A stretch of 64,000 bases of DNA from NCBI GenBank assembly GCA_013215825.1, contig JABSQN010000006.1:37099-101098 (forward strand), given 5' to 3'. Of the stretch, positions 50,687-60,259 are shown one piece after another. Both the position numbers and the translations under genes were made by a program. The notes beneath the pieces were generated by a model that was given only the letters and a program-made list of their open reading frames with translations, had not been told where the DNA came from and searched no databases. Source of the stretch: Piscirickettsiaceae bacterium (lineage in GTDB: Bacteria > Pseudomonadota > Gammaproteobacteria > Nitrosococcales > Methylophagaceae). Within the stretch, counting starts at the first letter, position 1, and each line of letters begins with the position of its first letter.

Positions 50687-52486
50687 TTAGCTATACATAT
50701 GATCAATATCAGATTGATGATGTGCAATGACCTTTGGACGTTTTATTTTCATTGTTGGTGTCATTAAATCATTTTCCACAGTCCAAGGCTCTAATGTTAG
50801 TGTTACTCGACGTATTTTCGCATAAGCGGGGAAGTCATGTAATAACTTACGAAGACGCTGAATAATATCAGTATTTAATGCTTTACTATTTAAGCTATCA
50901 TGATTAAAGCCATCAAGACCATGCTCTTTGGCAAGGGTGAACCAGTGATCAGAATTAAGAACTAATAATGCAGTTAAATAGGATTCACCTTCACCAAGAA
51001 CCAGTACTTGTTCGAAGATACTGTCCATCAAAATAGCAGACTCCATATCGCCAGGCGGCACCTTTTCACCATTGCTAAGCACTAAAATATCTTTTATTCG
51101 ACCTGTAATGAATATGTGACCCTCTTGACTAATACGTGCTTGATCGCCAGTGTGTAACCAACCTTGAGCATTAATTGTTTGTGCTGTGGCTTTATGATTA
51201 TTCCAATAGCCGATCATGTTTCCAGGACCACGTACTAACAATTCATCATTATTTCCGATCATAACGGCAACGCCTGGAATGGCTTTGCCAACACTTGCTG
51301 GGATATTAGTATCAGGTGCGTTGACACTGATAACAGGGCTAGTTTCTGTTAAACCGTAACCTTGTAATAAACACAGATCAAGGCCGATAAATAGTTTAGC
51401 CACCTTCTCCGGTAACGCCGCGCCACCACTAAGAATGAGGCGCATATTACCGCCGAATCGTTCTTTTACTTTTGAGGCGACTAATTTGTCTAAAAGTGGC
51501 CATAATAAAAAGCTAGGTCGCCACCACCCTTGACCTTGTTTATGTTGAAAGCGAGCCCAGCCCAATGCTGCTGTCAGTTGGAATAGCTGTCTAGCAATAA
51601 ATGACTTACTAGCTAGTTGGCTGTGTAGGCGGTTGTATATTCGCTCAAATATACGTGGTACAGCAATCATAATACTAGGTTTTACATTGAGCATATCATC
51701 AGCAAGCTGGGGGATACCACGCGCATAGGCAACGACTGCTCCTGTCATTATAGGCAAATAGTAACCTGCAGTTCGTTCTAGCGTGTGTGATAAAGGTAAA
51801 AATGAGAGAAATATATCACTAGGGCCGACATCAAAATATGTTAGAGCACCAGATGCTACGGATAGCATATTATGATGACTAAGCATAACGCCTTTAGGAC
51901 GGCCTGTTGTACCCGATGTATAAATAATAGAGGCAAGTTGATGAGGATCTGCATCCCAGTCTTGTATTACGCCCCAATTTTCCGGAAGCCAATTATCAGC
52001 GTATATTGCAGGAGCTAATAATTCATCACTATCTGAATTACTAATAACCACTCTTATTAGAGCATGTTCATCAGTCAGTGATGGAATAAGCCGCTTCCAT
52101 TGCGAAGTGGTTTGCAGAAATAATAATTTAACATCTGCATCTTGCAGAATATAAGCTACATTATCAGGTCGATCATCAGGATAGAGAGGCACTGTCACTA
52201 AGCCTAAGCCCATTGCTGCCTGGTCAAAGAAAACCCATTCTTTGCAGTTCTTTAGATTTATGGCAACGCGATCGCCAGGTTCTAAGTCTTCTTTTAATAG
52301 TGCCTCTTGCCAGCGAGCAACTTGGGTAGAGACCTCTTCCCAAGTAACGTCATACCATGATTTAGTCTCATTGGAATAGCTACGGTAAGCAGGAAGGTGC
52401 GGACTACGTTTAAGACGCTCACAAAACAGGCCGTATAAAGTACCGGCCTGTTCTAGAGGAATGACATCGGTAAGAACAGCTGCCAT
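50687..52486 (-). CDS. Long-chain acyl-CoA synthetase (AMP-forming)
   Basis: AMP-binding motif IYTSGTTGRPKGV, GYGLTETS, and the TGD...G...I.GR.KD pattern. Confidence 0.88.
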   Translation of the reverse strand: MAAVLTDVIPLEQAGTLYGLFCERLKRSPHLPAYRSYSNETKSWYDVTWEEVSTQVARWQEALLKEDLEPGDRVAINLKNCKEWVFFDQAAMGLGLVTVPLYPDDRPDNVAYILQDADVKLLFLQTTSQWKRLIPSLTDEHALIRVVISNSDSDELLAPAIYADNWLPENWGVIQDWDADPHQLASIIYTSGTTGRPKGVMLSHHNMLSVASGALTYFDVGPSDIFLSFLPLSHTLERTAGYYLPIMTGAVVAYARGIPQLADDMLNVKPSIMIAVPRIFERIYNRLHSQLASKSFIARQLFQLTAALGWARFQHKQGQGWWRPSFLLWPLLDKLVASKVKERFGGNMRLILSGGAALPEKVAKLFIGLDLCLLQGYGLTETSPVISVNAPDTNIPASVGKAIPGVAVMIGNNDELLVRGPGNMIGYWNNHKATAQTINAQGWLHTGDQARISQEGHIFITGRIKDILVLSNGEKVPPGDMESAILMDSIFEQVLVLGEGESYLTALLVLNSDHWFTLAKEHGLDGFNHDSLNSKALNTDIIQRLRKLLHDFPAYAKIRRVTLTLEPWTVENDLMTPTMKIKRPKVIAHHQSDIDHMYS

Positions 52487-52505
52487 CTTTAAATCCTTCT
52501 AATTA

Positions 52506-53876
52506 TTATAGGAACAACCAGCGCAGTTGTACGCCTAAGATATCAACACTTGCATCGTAGTCACCAGACAATGTGTAGCTACTAGCTGGATCTTCATTTG
52601 TTCCATCATTTATGCTGGGATCGCTTACAAAAATATGTGTATAGCCAGCATCAATAGTTATATGGTCAGAGTAGTTATAACTAGCACCTAGAGCTACCCA
52701 TTTACGATCTTCACCAGGAATACGCGCGGTTCTATATTGGTCAGAAATTGGGCTTTCATCGTAAGCGATACCGCCACGGAAAGTCCATGTATCACTATGG
52801 GTATAGGTCAGACCTAGTCCATAACGCATGCTATTGCTCCATTCTTCTTCTTTCATACTATTCAAGTTACTGTCAGGATCAGGTGAAGATATAGCGAGTT
52901 CTTTAAAATGATCCCAACGTGTCCATGATGCATCAGCCATTACTGCCCATTTGTTATTAATTTGATGATGAATGGCAAGAGAAGCTGATTCAGGTAAGTC
53001 AACATCACCAGAAATAGCCGCTTTTTCAAATCCACCAATTGCTCCCATGACTGTTTGAACATCTGTATTAGCAGGTAATTTAAATTCACCATCTCCCGTT
53101 AAATGATGTGATATTTTTGAACGATAAGCTAGGGCAAAGCGAGTAGCATCGGTTGCTTGGAAAATTAAACCTAGATTAAAGCCCCAACTCCAATCATCAG
53201 CGTTTAGCTCTGCTTTGCCATCGTGTTGTTGAGGCTGAGCGCAAGCACCACCTAAAGCTCCTGATGTCGCAACAAATGTTTTAAGACAAGCGGCACCAAA
53301 ATCAACCGCTTGCGTTAATTCTAAATCAATATATTGTAAGTTAACTCCAACACCGAGAGATAGTCGCTCGGTCGCTTTGAAACCAATTGAAGGGTTGATA
53401 TTAATGGTCATCATATCTGATTTAATCGCATGATAACGGCCTACCCAATCATCATCATATTCAGTAACAAGGCCAAAGGGTGCATTAACGCCTATACCTA
53501 ATACGACATCATCATTTAAACGATGGGCATAGTACAGGTTTGGCACCACAGCGAGACTACCTGCATCATCGCCTCGACCGGTTAGTGCTGTTCCACCTAA
53601 TGCCGGGGCAATGGTGGAGCCATTATTATTAAAATCACTCTGTGGCAGAATAAAATTAAGCCCTTGAGCAATCTGTGAATGAGTTAAATAAGTTAGTCCA
53701 GCAGGATTAAAGAAAATAGTACTAGCATCCTCAGCAACAGCAGCTTGCCCGGCAAAAGCACGACCAAGTCCAGTTACACTTTGTTCCGCGATAGCAAAGC
53801 CCGCACCATAGCTGATTGAGCTCAATGTTGACGCGATTAAAAATACAGTAAGCTTTAATGTTTTCAGGAGGGCCAT
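52506..53876 (-). CDS. fadL: FadL-family outer-membrane long-chain fatty acid/hydrophobic compound channel
   Basis: Signal peptide, N-terminal hatch sequence AGFAIAEQSVTGLGRAFAG, beta-barrel periodicity, and a terminal aromatic (LRWLFL). Confidence 0.85.
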   Translation of the reverse strand: MALLKTLKLTVFLIASTLSSISYGAGFAIAEQSVTGLGRAFAGQAAVAEDASTIFFNPAGLTYLTHSQIAQGLNFILPQSDFNNNGSTIAPALGGTALTGRGDDAGSLAVVPNLYYAHRLNDDVVLGIGVNAPFGLVTEYDDDWVGRYHAIKSDMMTININPSIGFKATERLSLGVGVNLQYIDLELTQAVDFGAACLKTFVATSGALGGACAQPQQHDGKAELNADDWSWGFNLGLIFQATDATRFALAYRSKISHHLTGDGEFKLPANTDVQTVMGAIGGFEKAAISGDVDLPESASLAIHHQINNKWAVMADASWTRWDHFKELAISSPDPDSNLNSMKEEEWSNSMRYGLGLTYTHSDTWTFRGGIAYDESPISDQYRTARIPGEDRKWVALGASYNYSDHITIDAGYTHIFVSDPSINDGTNEDPASSYTLSGDYDASVDILGVQLRWLFL

Positions 53877-53958
53877 TACTTTCTATCCTTGTAACGAAAT
53901 ATAATAAAAAAACAAAACTTAGCTTAAATCACTTATTGGTGCAAGTTTTACAGATGAA

Positions 53959-54645
53959 TTAGACTCGTTTGAATAATAAATCCCATACACCATGGCCCAA
54001 ATTTTGTCCTCGTTGCTCAAACTTGGTTAGTGGTCGGTAATCTGGTCTATCTATATAGCCTGTATCATTGGCGCAGTTAACGAAATCAACATTATTAGAT
54101 AAATCATCTAACATTTGTTCTGCGTAATGTTGCCAATCCGTTGCCATGTGTAGGTAACCACCAGACTTGATTTTGTGTGTGAGCAAGTTCACAAATGCGG
54201 CTTGAATAATTCGACGTTTATGATGACGTTTTTTATGCCATGGATCAGGAAAGTAGAGCTGTACTCGATCGAGAGAATTATCGGCAACACGGTCTTTGAG
54301 TAATTCAACCGCATCGGTGCAAGCAAGACGTAAATTAGTTAGTTTCTTTTCCTTGATTAATTTCAATAAATGGCCAACCCCGGGACGGTGCACTTCGACA
54401 CCAATGAAGTTAGTATCAGGTTGATTTTCAGCCATTGTTGCCAAAGAACTGCCGTTACCAAAGCCTATTTCAAATACAATAGGCGCATCTCGACCAAACA
54501 ATTGAACTAGATCGAGGTTATCTTCACCGTCATCAATACCAAACTGAGGCCATAACTCTTTGAGTGCGCGCTCTTGTCCTGGAGTTAACCGGCCTTCGCG
54601 ACGCACGAAGCTTCGTACAGTTCGTAGTGGTTTTTTGTCAGTCAT
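53959..54645 (-). CDS. trmB: tRNA (guanine46-N7)-methyltransferase
   Basis: RSFVRREGRLTPGQ, EIGFGNG, and the FPDPWHKKRHHKRR motif. The ATG at 54645 is preferred over the track start at 54690. Confidence 0.92.
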   Translation of the reverse strand: MTDKKPLRTVRSFVRREGRLTPGQERALKELWPQFGIDDGEDNLDLVQLFGRDAPIVFEIGFGNGSSLATMAENQPDTNFIGVEVHRPGVGHLLKLIKEKKLTNLRLACTDAVELLKDRVADNSLDRVQLYFPDPWHKKRHHKRRIIQAAFVNLLTHKIKSGGYLHMATDWQHYAEQMLDDLSNNVDFVNCANDTGYIDRPDYRPLTKFEQRGQNLGHGVWDLLFKRV

Positions 54646-54899
54646 TGCTGCTTGCAACCTTAAAAATAATCGTAGAATACTAGCGATCATACCTTAAAGA
54701 ACCTCGAATGAGCATGGCTATAAGTGATTGCTCTATATAGTTTGACTGAGTTTTCTCGTAATGAGAAAGTAAATTCCTCATGCGGAAAGAGCATATTCGG
54801 GGTAGAATGTCAGACCAGTTTTTGAAAAACCGATACAGGTTTTAATGTTTTAGCTTGTCGTGTAGCGGCAAGGTATTCTTAATAGAGATAAGGTGATTT

Positions 54900-56729
54900 A
54901 TGGTTCATCCAGTACTAGAAGCCGTTACTAATGATATTATTGAGCGCAGTAAAAAAAGCCGTGCAACGTATTTAGCGCGTGTTGATTCTGCGGTTTCAGA
55001 CGGTCCACATCGTGCTCAATTAGCCTGTGGTAACTTAGTTCATGGTTTTGCAGCATGTGCCGCGACTGAAAAAGCAGATTTATCAGCTAGCGTTAAAGCA
55101 AATATAGGTATTATTTCTGCCTACAATGATATGTTATCAGCACATCAACCGTATAAAGATTATCCAGATATTATTAAAGCGGCAGCAAGTAATGCGGGTG
55201 GTATTGCTCAATTTGCAGGTGGTGTTCCTGCCATGTGTGATGGTGTTACTCAAGGCCAGGCGGGTATGGAATTATCGCTATTTAGTCGTGATGTTATTGC
55301 AATGTCAGCGGCAATTGGCTTAAGCCATAATATGTTTGATGGTGTTTTATTTCTTGGTATTTGTGACAAAATTGTCCCAGGCTTATTAATTTCAGCACTG
55401 AGTTTTGGCCATTTACCTGCGGTATTTGTTCCCGGTGGCCCAATGCCAAGTGGATTGCCGAATAAAGAAAAAGTACGTATTCGTCAGTTGTATGCCGAAG
55501 GAAAAGTGGATCGTGATGCTTTATTAAAAGCGGAATCAGCTTCTTATCATAGTGCTGGAACATGTACGTTCTATGGCACGGCAAACAGTAATCAGATGAT
55601 GGTTGAAATGATGGGCTTACATTTGCCTGGTAGTTCATTTATTAATCCAGGAACACCGTTACGTAAAGCATTAACAGAAAGTGCTACGGAACAAGTATTG
55701 AAATATACCGCAATGGGGGATGATTTCCGTCCTATTGGCTATATGATTGATGAAAAAGCAATTATGAATGCCATGATAGGCTTGATGGCAACCGGTGGTT
55801 CTACAAATCACACAATGCATTTAGTTGCTATTGCACGAGCGGCAGGTATTATCATCAATTGGGATGATTTCGATAAAATCACTAAGATCATTCCACTTCT
55901 TACTCGCATCTATCCAAACGGTGATGCTGATATTAACCATTTCCAAGCCGCAGGTGGTATGGGTGTGTTAATCGGTGAACTACTAGAAAAAGGCTTGTTA
56001 CACGAAGATATTATTACGGTAGCGGCAGAGCGCGGAATGAACAGCTATACACAAGAACCTAAACTTGTTGATGACAGTTTACTTTGGGAAGAAGGCCCCA
56101 CTAAATCATTAGATCCTCAAGTTATTTCAACGGTTGATGAGCCTTTTTCTGAAACTGGTGGTTTGCACTTAATTCACGGTAATTTAGGTCGTGGTATGTC
56201 GAAAATATCGGCAGTAGCAGAAGAACATCATATTGTTGAAGCACCGGCAATGGTGTTTGATGATCAAGATGATGTGGTCGCGGCATTTAAACGTGGTGAA
56301 ATGGAGCAAGACCTTATCGTCGTGTTACGTTTCCAAGGACCAAAAGCCAACGGAATGCCTGAGCTACACAAACTAACGCCATTACTAGGATCCTTACAAG
56401 ATAAAGGCTTTAAAGTTGCAATTGTGACGGATGGTCGTATGTCAGGGGCATCAGGTAAAATACCTTCGGCAATCCATATGTGTCCTGAATGTGAAGAAGG
56501 CGGGCCATTAACCCGTGTTCGTACCGGCGATATGATTCACTTAAATACACAAACAGGTGATTTGAACATTCAGATTGATAATGAGGTGTTTGAAAATCGT
56601 ACATCGTGCATTAAGGGTAGTACGGATCATCATTATGGTATGGGTAGAGAATTATTCGATAGCTTCCGTCGCGGTGTTTCATCAGCAGAAACCGGTGCTA
56701 TTAATATGTTTAATCACGACGAAATTTAA
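54900..56729 (+). CDS. edd: Phosphogluconate dehydratase (Entner-Doudoroff)
   Basis: ILVD/EDD family signatures ([24 protein letters not shown]), 609 aa, followed by eda. Confidence 0.93.
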   Translation: MVHPVLEAVTNDIIERSKKSRATYLARVDSAVSDGPHRAQLACGNLVHGFAACAATEKADLSASVKANIGIISAYNDMLSAHQPYKDYPDIIKAAASNAGGIAQFAGGVPAMCDGVTQGQAGMELSLFSRDVIAMSAAIGLSHNMFDGVLFLGICDKIVPGLLISALSFGHLPAVFVPGGPMPSGLPNKEKVRIRQLYAEGKVDRDALLKAESASYHSAGTCTFYGTANSNQMMVEMMGLHLPGSSFINPGTPLRKALTESATEQVLKYTAMGDDFRPIGYMIDEKAIMNAMIGLMATGGSTNHTMHLVAIARAAGIIINWDDFDKITKIIPLLTRIYPNGDADINHFQAAGGMGVLIGELLEKGLLHEDIITVAAERGMNSYTQEPKLVDDSLLWEEGPTKSLDPQVISTVDEPFSETGGLHLIHGNLGRGMSKISAVAEEHHIVEAPAMVFDDQDDVVAAFKRGEMEQDLIVVLRFQGPKANGMPELHKLTPLLGSLQDKGFKVAIVTDGRMSGASGKIPSAIHMCPECEEGGPLTRVRTGDMIHLNTQTGDLNIQIDNEVFENRTSCIKGSTDHHYGMGRELFDSFRRGVSSAETGAINMFNHDEI

Positions 56730-56785
56730 CTGCTAGCGTCGTTTTTTTCGCCTTGTCCTGACGAAAAATACTCAGCCAGTAAATA

Positions 56786-56944
56786 TATACCCGTGCTCAT
56801 TCAAGATGCAGGTTTTTATTTTATCATTCCCGTGAAAACGGGAATCTAAGAGGGGCGAATAAGCTCACTGTCGTTGGAACCCCGTTTCCACGGGGATGAC
56901 GGGCTTTGTTAAAATGACCTGCAACTTGAATTGTAATCGGTATA
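56786..56944. repeat. MITE-like palindromic repeat, copy D (complete, 159 bp)
   Basis: 28-nt terminal inverted repeats: TATACCCGTGCTCATTCAAGATGCAGGT versus the reverse complement of 56917-56944, TATACCGATTACAATTCAAGTTGCAGGT (21/28 identical). ATTCCC-GTGAAAAC-GGGAAT at 56826-56845, and the inverted module ending GGGGATGAC. Confidence 0.85.
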
Positions 56945-56981
56945 AATTAAATTAATAAACTAGATATTTAGGAAAAATACA

Positions 56982-57614
56982 ATGAGCAAAACAATTAAAG
57001 AAATCATGAATGCATCACCTATCGTTCCAGTCATGGTGATTAATAATGTTGAACATGCGGTGCCATTAGCAAAAGCATTGGTTGCTGGTGGGATCACAAC
57101 ATTAGAAATAACATTGCGTACAGAAGCTGCACTTGAATCAATTACACGCATTAAAGCCGAAGTACCTGAAGCAACCGTTGGTGCGGGTACAATTATCAAT
57201 GTTGAAACATTGAACAAAGCCATTGCTGCAGGCGCAGAATTTATCGTTAGCCCTGGTACAACAGATACAATGATCGATGCTGCATTAGCAACGGGTATTC
57301 CATTATTACCTGGTGTTGCTAACCCAAGTGAAGCTATGCATTTACTTGAAAAAGGCATTACAGAAATGAAGTTCTTCCCAGCAGAAGCTGCGGGTGGTAT
57401 TCCAATGTTAAAATCAATTGGTGCACCGATCCCACAAATTACATTCTGCCCAACGGGTGGTATTAACCAGAAGAATGTTAAAGAATACTACAACTTACCT
57501 AATGTGGCATGTGTGGGTGGTTCTTGGATGTGTGCTGCTAGTTTGGTTGATGCTGAAAACTGGGATGAAATTACCCGTCTATCTGCTGAGGCAATTAAAA
57601 TAGCAACAGCATAG
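56982..57614 (+). CDS. eda: KDPG/KHG aldolase
   Basis: PVMVI...LEITLRT...GAGTI...MKFFPAEAAGG pattern of Eda. Confidence 0.93.
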   Translation: MSKTIKEIMNASPIVPVMVINNVEHAVPLAKALVAGGITTLEITLRTEAALESITRIKAEVPEATVGAGTIINVETLNKAIAAGAEFIVSPGTTDTMIDAALATGIPLLPGVANPSEAMHLLEKGITEMKFFPAEAAGGIPMLKSIGAPIPQITFCPTGGINQKNVKEYYNLPNVACVGGSWMCAASLVDAENWDEITRLSAEAIKIATA

Positions 57615-57634
57615 AAAGTTACACGCTTAAAAGC

Positions 57635-57669
57635 AAAGGCTGAAGATAGGTTTATCTTCAGCCTTTTTT
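57635..57669. terminator. Bidirectional terminator between eda and the DUF2063 gene
   Basis: 14-bp perfect stem AAAGGCTGAAGATA-GGTT-TATCTTCAGCCTTT flanked by A and T runs. The last codons of the minus-strand CDS lie inside the stem. Confidence 0.75.
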
Positions 57670-58419
57670 ATTGCCTAAAATTAATATTCCACGCTGTAAC
57701 CAATCAGTAATCAATGTGTTTGCACCATTAATAACGACATCAGGGTTCGGGTGCTCTAGCTCGTTAGCAATTTGTTCTGCTGCTTCTTGCCCTGTTAAGC
57801 CTTCATTGAGTAAATTAATTAAGCGGGCGCTAACCGGGTTAAGTTCTAAGAAGGTAACATTATCATCTTGAGCTCGGTAAACAAGTAAGTGATGAGGTGT
57901 ATCACTGGGCTTAGTGGCTTGAAAATCAGGTCCAATTTGATGCACAGGAAATTGATAGGTTAAAGACCAGGCCAGGGGAGAAAGTTTTAAATTCAATGTT
58001 AAACAGTCTTGTTGTTCATCATATTGATAGGGTGTGGGATCCTCATCTAACACACTTAAAGCTAGTTCTACCCACTCATAATGAGCTAATTCATTTATAA
58101 AAATAGGATCGTTTTTACTGCTACGCTCATTGTCCAAATACGCTAAGAACTCACGTGCTATTTCATGAAACAACGGCGTTTTACAGCGATGTTTAATCAT
58201 GAAGTCACGAATCATACTATGCCATGTTTGATCGGGTGTGATTTCTCTTAATACTGGAAAACCATTAGCAATAAAGCCTTCAATATTGTTGTAAAACAAT
58301 TCTTGATAAATAGTCATACGACGTTGTTCAATATTGTCGGGTGCCGGATTGTTGTCAGGATCACGAATGGCATTGGCAAACTGATATTGAGTCTCCATGA
58401 AGCTAGATTGTGGCGACAT
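57658..58419 (-). CDS. DUF2063-family protein (partner subunit of DUF692/MNIO enzymes)
   Basis: N-terminal FQ..FANAIRDP pattern typical of DUF2063. Immediately downstream of the DUF692 gene and overlapping it. ATG at 58419 with a GGGAG RBS. Confidence 0.75.
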   Translation of the reverse strand: MSPQSSFMETQYQFANAIRDPDNNPAPDNIEQRRMTIYQELFYNNIEGFIANGFPVLREITPDQTWHSMIRDFMIKHRCKTPLFHEIAREFLAYLDNERSSKNDPIFINELAHYEWVELALSVLDEDPTPYQYDEQQDCLTLNLKLSPLAWSLTYQFPVHQIGPDFQATKPSDTPHHLLVYRAQDDNVTFLELNPVSARLINLLNEGLTGQEAAEQIANELEHPNPDVVINGANTLITDWLQRGILILGNKKG

Positions 58420-59251
58420 GACGTTGCTCCCATTCCGATTGATGGTGGCGAATTTGATCCACTTCATTAATAAGTGAATTCAAAGAGGGGATATTAAAAT
58501 CACGTTCTAATAACGTTGGTATAACGCCGTGATGTTGATATGTGGTTTGTAAGAGATCCCAGACGGGATCAATAATATCAGCACCATGTGTATCAACTTT
58601 TAGATCATCGGCTTCATCATAATGACCGGCTATATGTATATAGGCAATACGCTCTGATGGCACAGACTTAATATAGTCTTCCGCATTATAATTATGGTTA
58701 ATACTGTTCACGTAAACATTGTTTACATCCAATAACAAATCACAATCAGCGAGTTTAATCACGGCATTTAGGAAATCTATTTCAGGCATTTCTTGGCCTG
58801 GTGCAGCATAATAAGACACATTTTCCATTACAATTCGTCGTTCAAGGATCTCTTGCACGCGTTGAATGCGGTTAGCGACATGTGTGACTGCTTCCTCAGT
58901 AAACGGTATGGGCATTAAATCGTATAAATGCCCATCATCACTGCAATAGCTTAAATGTTCGCTATAACACGGGATATTATGCTTATCGAGAAACTTTTTC
59001 AGGCGAATCAGAAAGTGTTCATCAAGTGGGGCAGGGCTACCAATGGATAATGATAATCCATGACACACAATAGGGTATTTTTGTGCAAAATGGCTAAACT
59101 TCTTGCCAAGTAATCCCCCGATTTCCATCCAGTTTTCAGGAGCGACTTCTAAAAAGTCAGTCGGTTTATGCTCAAGCGCATCAAGTTCATCCATAAAACT
59201 TCGACGAAGTCCTAAACCGGCACCAAAGAGTGGGCATGAGGCTGTATTCAT
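58403..59251 (-). CDS. DUF692 / MNIO (multinuclear non-heme iron oxidase, MbnB-like) protein
   Basis: GAGLGLRR...DFLEVAPENWMEIGG...HGLSLSIGS...SEHLSY TIM-barrel pattern of UPF0276/DUF692. ATG at 59251 with an AGGA RBS. Confidence 0.85.
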   Translation of the reverse strand: MNTASCPLFGAGLGLRRSFMDELDALEHKPTDFLEVAPENWMEIGGLLGKKFSHFAQKYPIVCHGLSLSIGSPAPLDEHFLIRLKKFLDKHNIPCYSEHLSYCSDDGHLYDLMPIPFTEEAVTHVANRIQRVQEILERRIVMENVSYYAAPGQEMPEIDFLNAVIKLADCDLLLDVNNVYVNSINHNYNAEDYIKSVPSERIAYIHIAGHYDEADDLKVDTHGADIIDPVWDLLQTTYQHHGVIPTLLERDFNIPSLNSLINEVDQIRHHQSEWEQRHVATI

Positions 59252-59323
59252 TTTCAATTCCTGATTAGATGTATTTCACTATGACCAATAAGTAATAGAA
59301 ATGTTACAAAGAACTCAGCGATA

Positions 59324-59455
59324 TATACCGATACTCAATGAGCATGAAGTCTAATTAAGCAGCGTGTCATTCCCCTGAAAATAGGGAGCCAACTTCACTA
59401 CCCATGGATTCCTGTTTCCACGAGAATGATGTACAACTTAAATGATAACGGGTAT
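59324..59455. repeat. MITE-like palindromic repeat, copy E (complete, more diverged)
   Basis: Termini are TATACCGATACTCAATGAGCATGAAGTC and the reverse complement of the right end, ATACCCGTTATCATTTAAGTTGTA. Internal modules are GTCATTCCCCTGAAAATAGGGAG and GGATTCCTGTTTCCACGAGAATGATG. Confidence 0.75.
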
Positions 59456-59483
59456 GGATTAACCGCTGAACTCTGTAATAGTT

Positions 59484-60236
59484 TTAATCTAAGTTGATTT
59501 CAAACATGGTGCGATCAACACCCACATTACCTGTTTTCTTATCAAAAATATAAACAATCGCTTTATAGTGACCTGACTTATCAAGTGTTGTTTTACCAGA
59601 GAACAAGCCAACAGGGCCGGTGAAATCAAGCGCTACTTCAGCTATTTTAACGTCATTTTGCATTAAGATAGCCGTCGCTTCGTAATTCTTCGGATCCCAA
59701 GGACCATCGGGATAAATAGGGCAACCACAGAGCAAGGATGCTTTAGTATAAATATCAACCTTGCCGTCTTCTAATACACGCGTCCAAGCATCAACAATAA
59801 ATCCAGGCATATTCAGGGTAATACCATCACCTAAAATATCTTTACCAGGAATCACCCAGCTAGTGACTGAGGCTTCTTGCAAGGCTTGACGATAGGCATA
59901 AGGGCCAATTAATTTGAAGCGGAGTAGGCGAGGGCTGTTAATGTCGACTTTTGCTAAAAAACCTGCTGTTTCAGCATCTGTCATTACTTGACCGCGAGAA
60001 ATAGGCTCCTTGATAATAGCTTTAGTGCTACCCGTACCACCATTAATCCAACCTTGATCCAGAATTTCACCGGTTTCAGCATCTTCAACAACAACTTTAA
60101 CGCCGCCAACACTGGTACCAATATATTTAGCATCATTGGCTTTAGCCCGAATCATAATATGTGTTTCGGTCGCTAAACTATTGGCACTGAGAACAAGACC
60201 AAGTAATGCAATACTGAGTAATTTAACTATTTTCAT
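59484..60236 (-). CDS. Secreted hypothetical protein (250 aa) whose only cysteines form a CGC motif
   Basis: Signal peptide MKIVKLLSIALLGLVLSANSLA. Beta-rich sequence. The only cysteines are in LLCGCPIYPDGPWDP. Its RBS lies 23 nt after the rhodanese stop. Confidence 0.6.
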   Translation of the reverse strand: MKIVKLLSIALLGLVLSANSLATETHIMIRAKANDAKYIGTSVGGVKVVVEDAETGEILDQGWINGGTGSTKAIIKEPISRGQVMTDAETAGFLAKVDINSPRLLRFKLIGPYAYRQALQEASVTSWVIPGKDILGDGITLNMPGFIVDAWTRVLEDGKVDIYTKASLLCGCPIYPDGPWDPKNYEATAILMQNDVKIAEVALDFTGPVGLFSGKTTLDKSGHYKAIVYIFDKKTGNVGVDRTMFEINLD

Positions 60237-60259
60237 AATACGTAATTTCCTTTATGTTT

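Noticed and set aside
54700-54899. Short inverted repeats upstream of edd (TTTCTC-GTAAT-GAGAAA and CTTG-N11-CAAG) considered as HexR-type operators.
   Set aside because: They do not match the TTGT-N7/8-ACAA form I recall for HexR sites, and the stems are only 4-6 bp. There is not enough evidence to annotate them.
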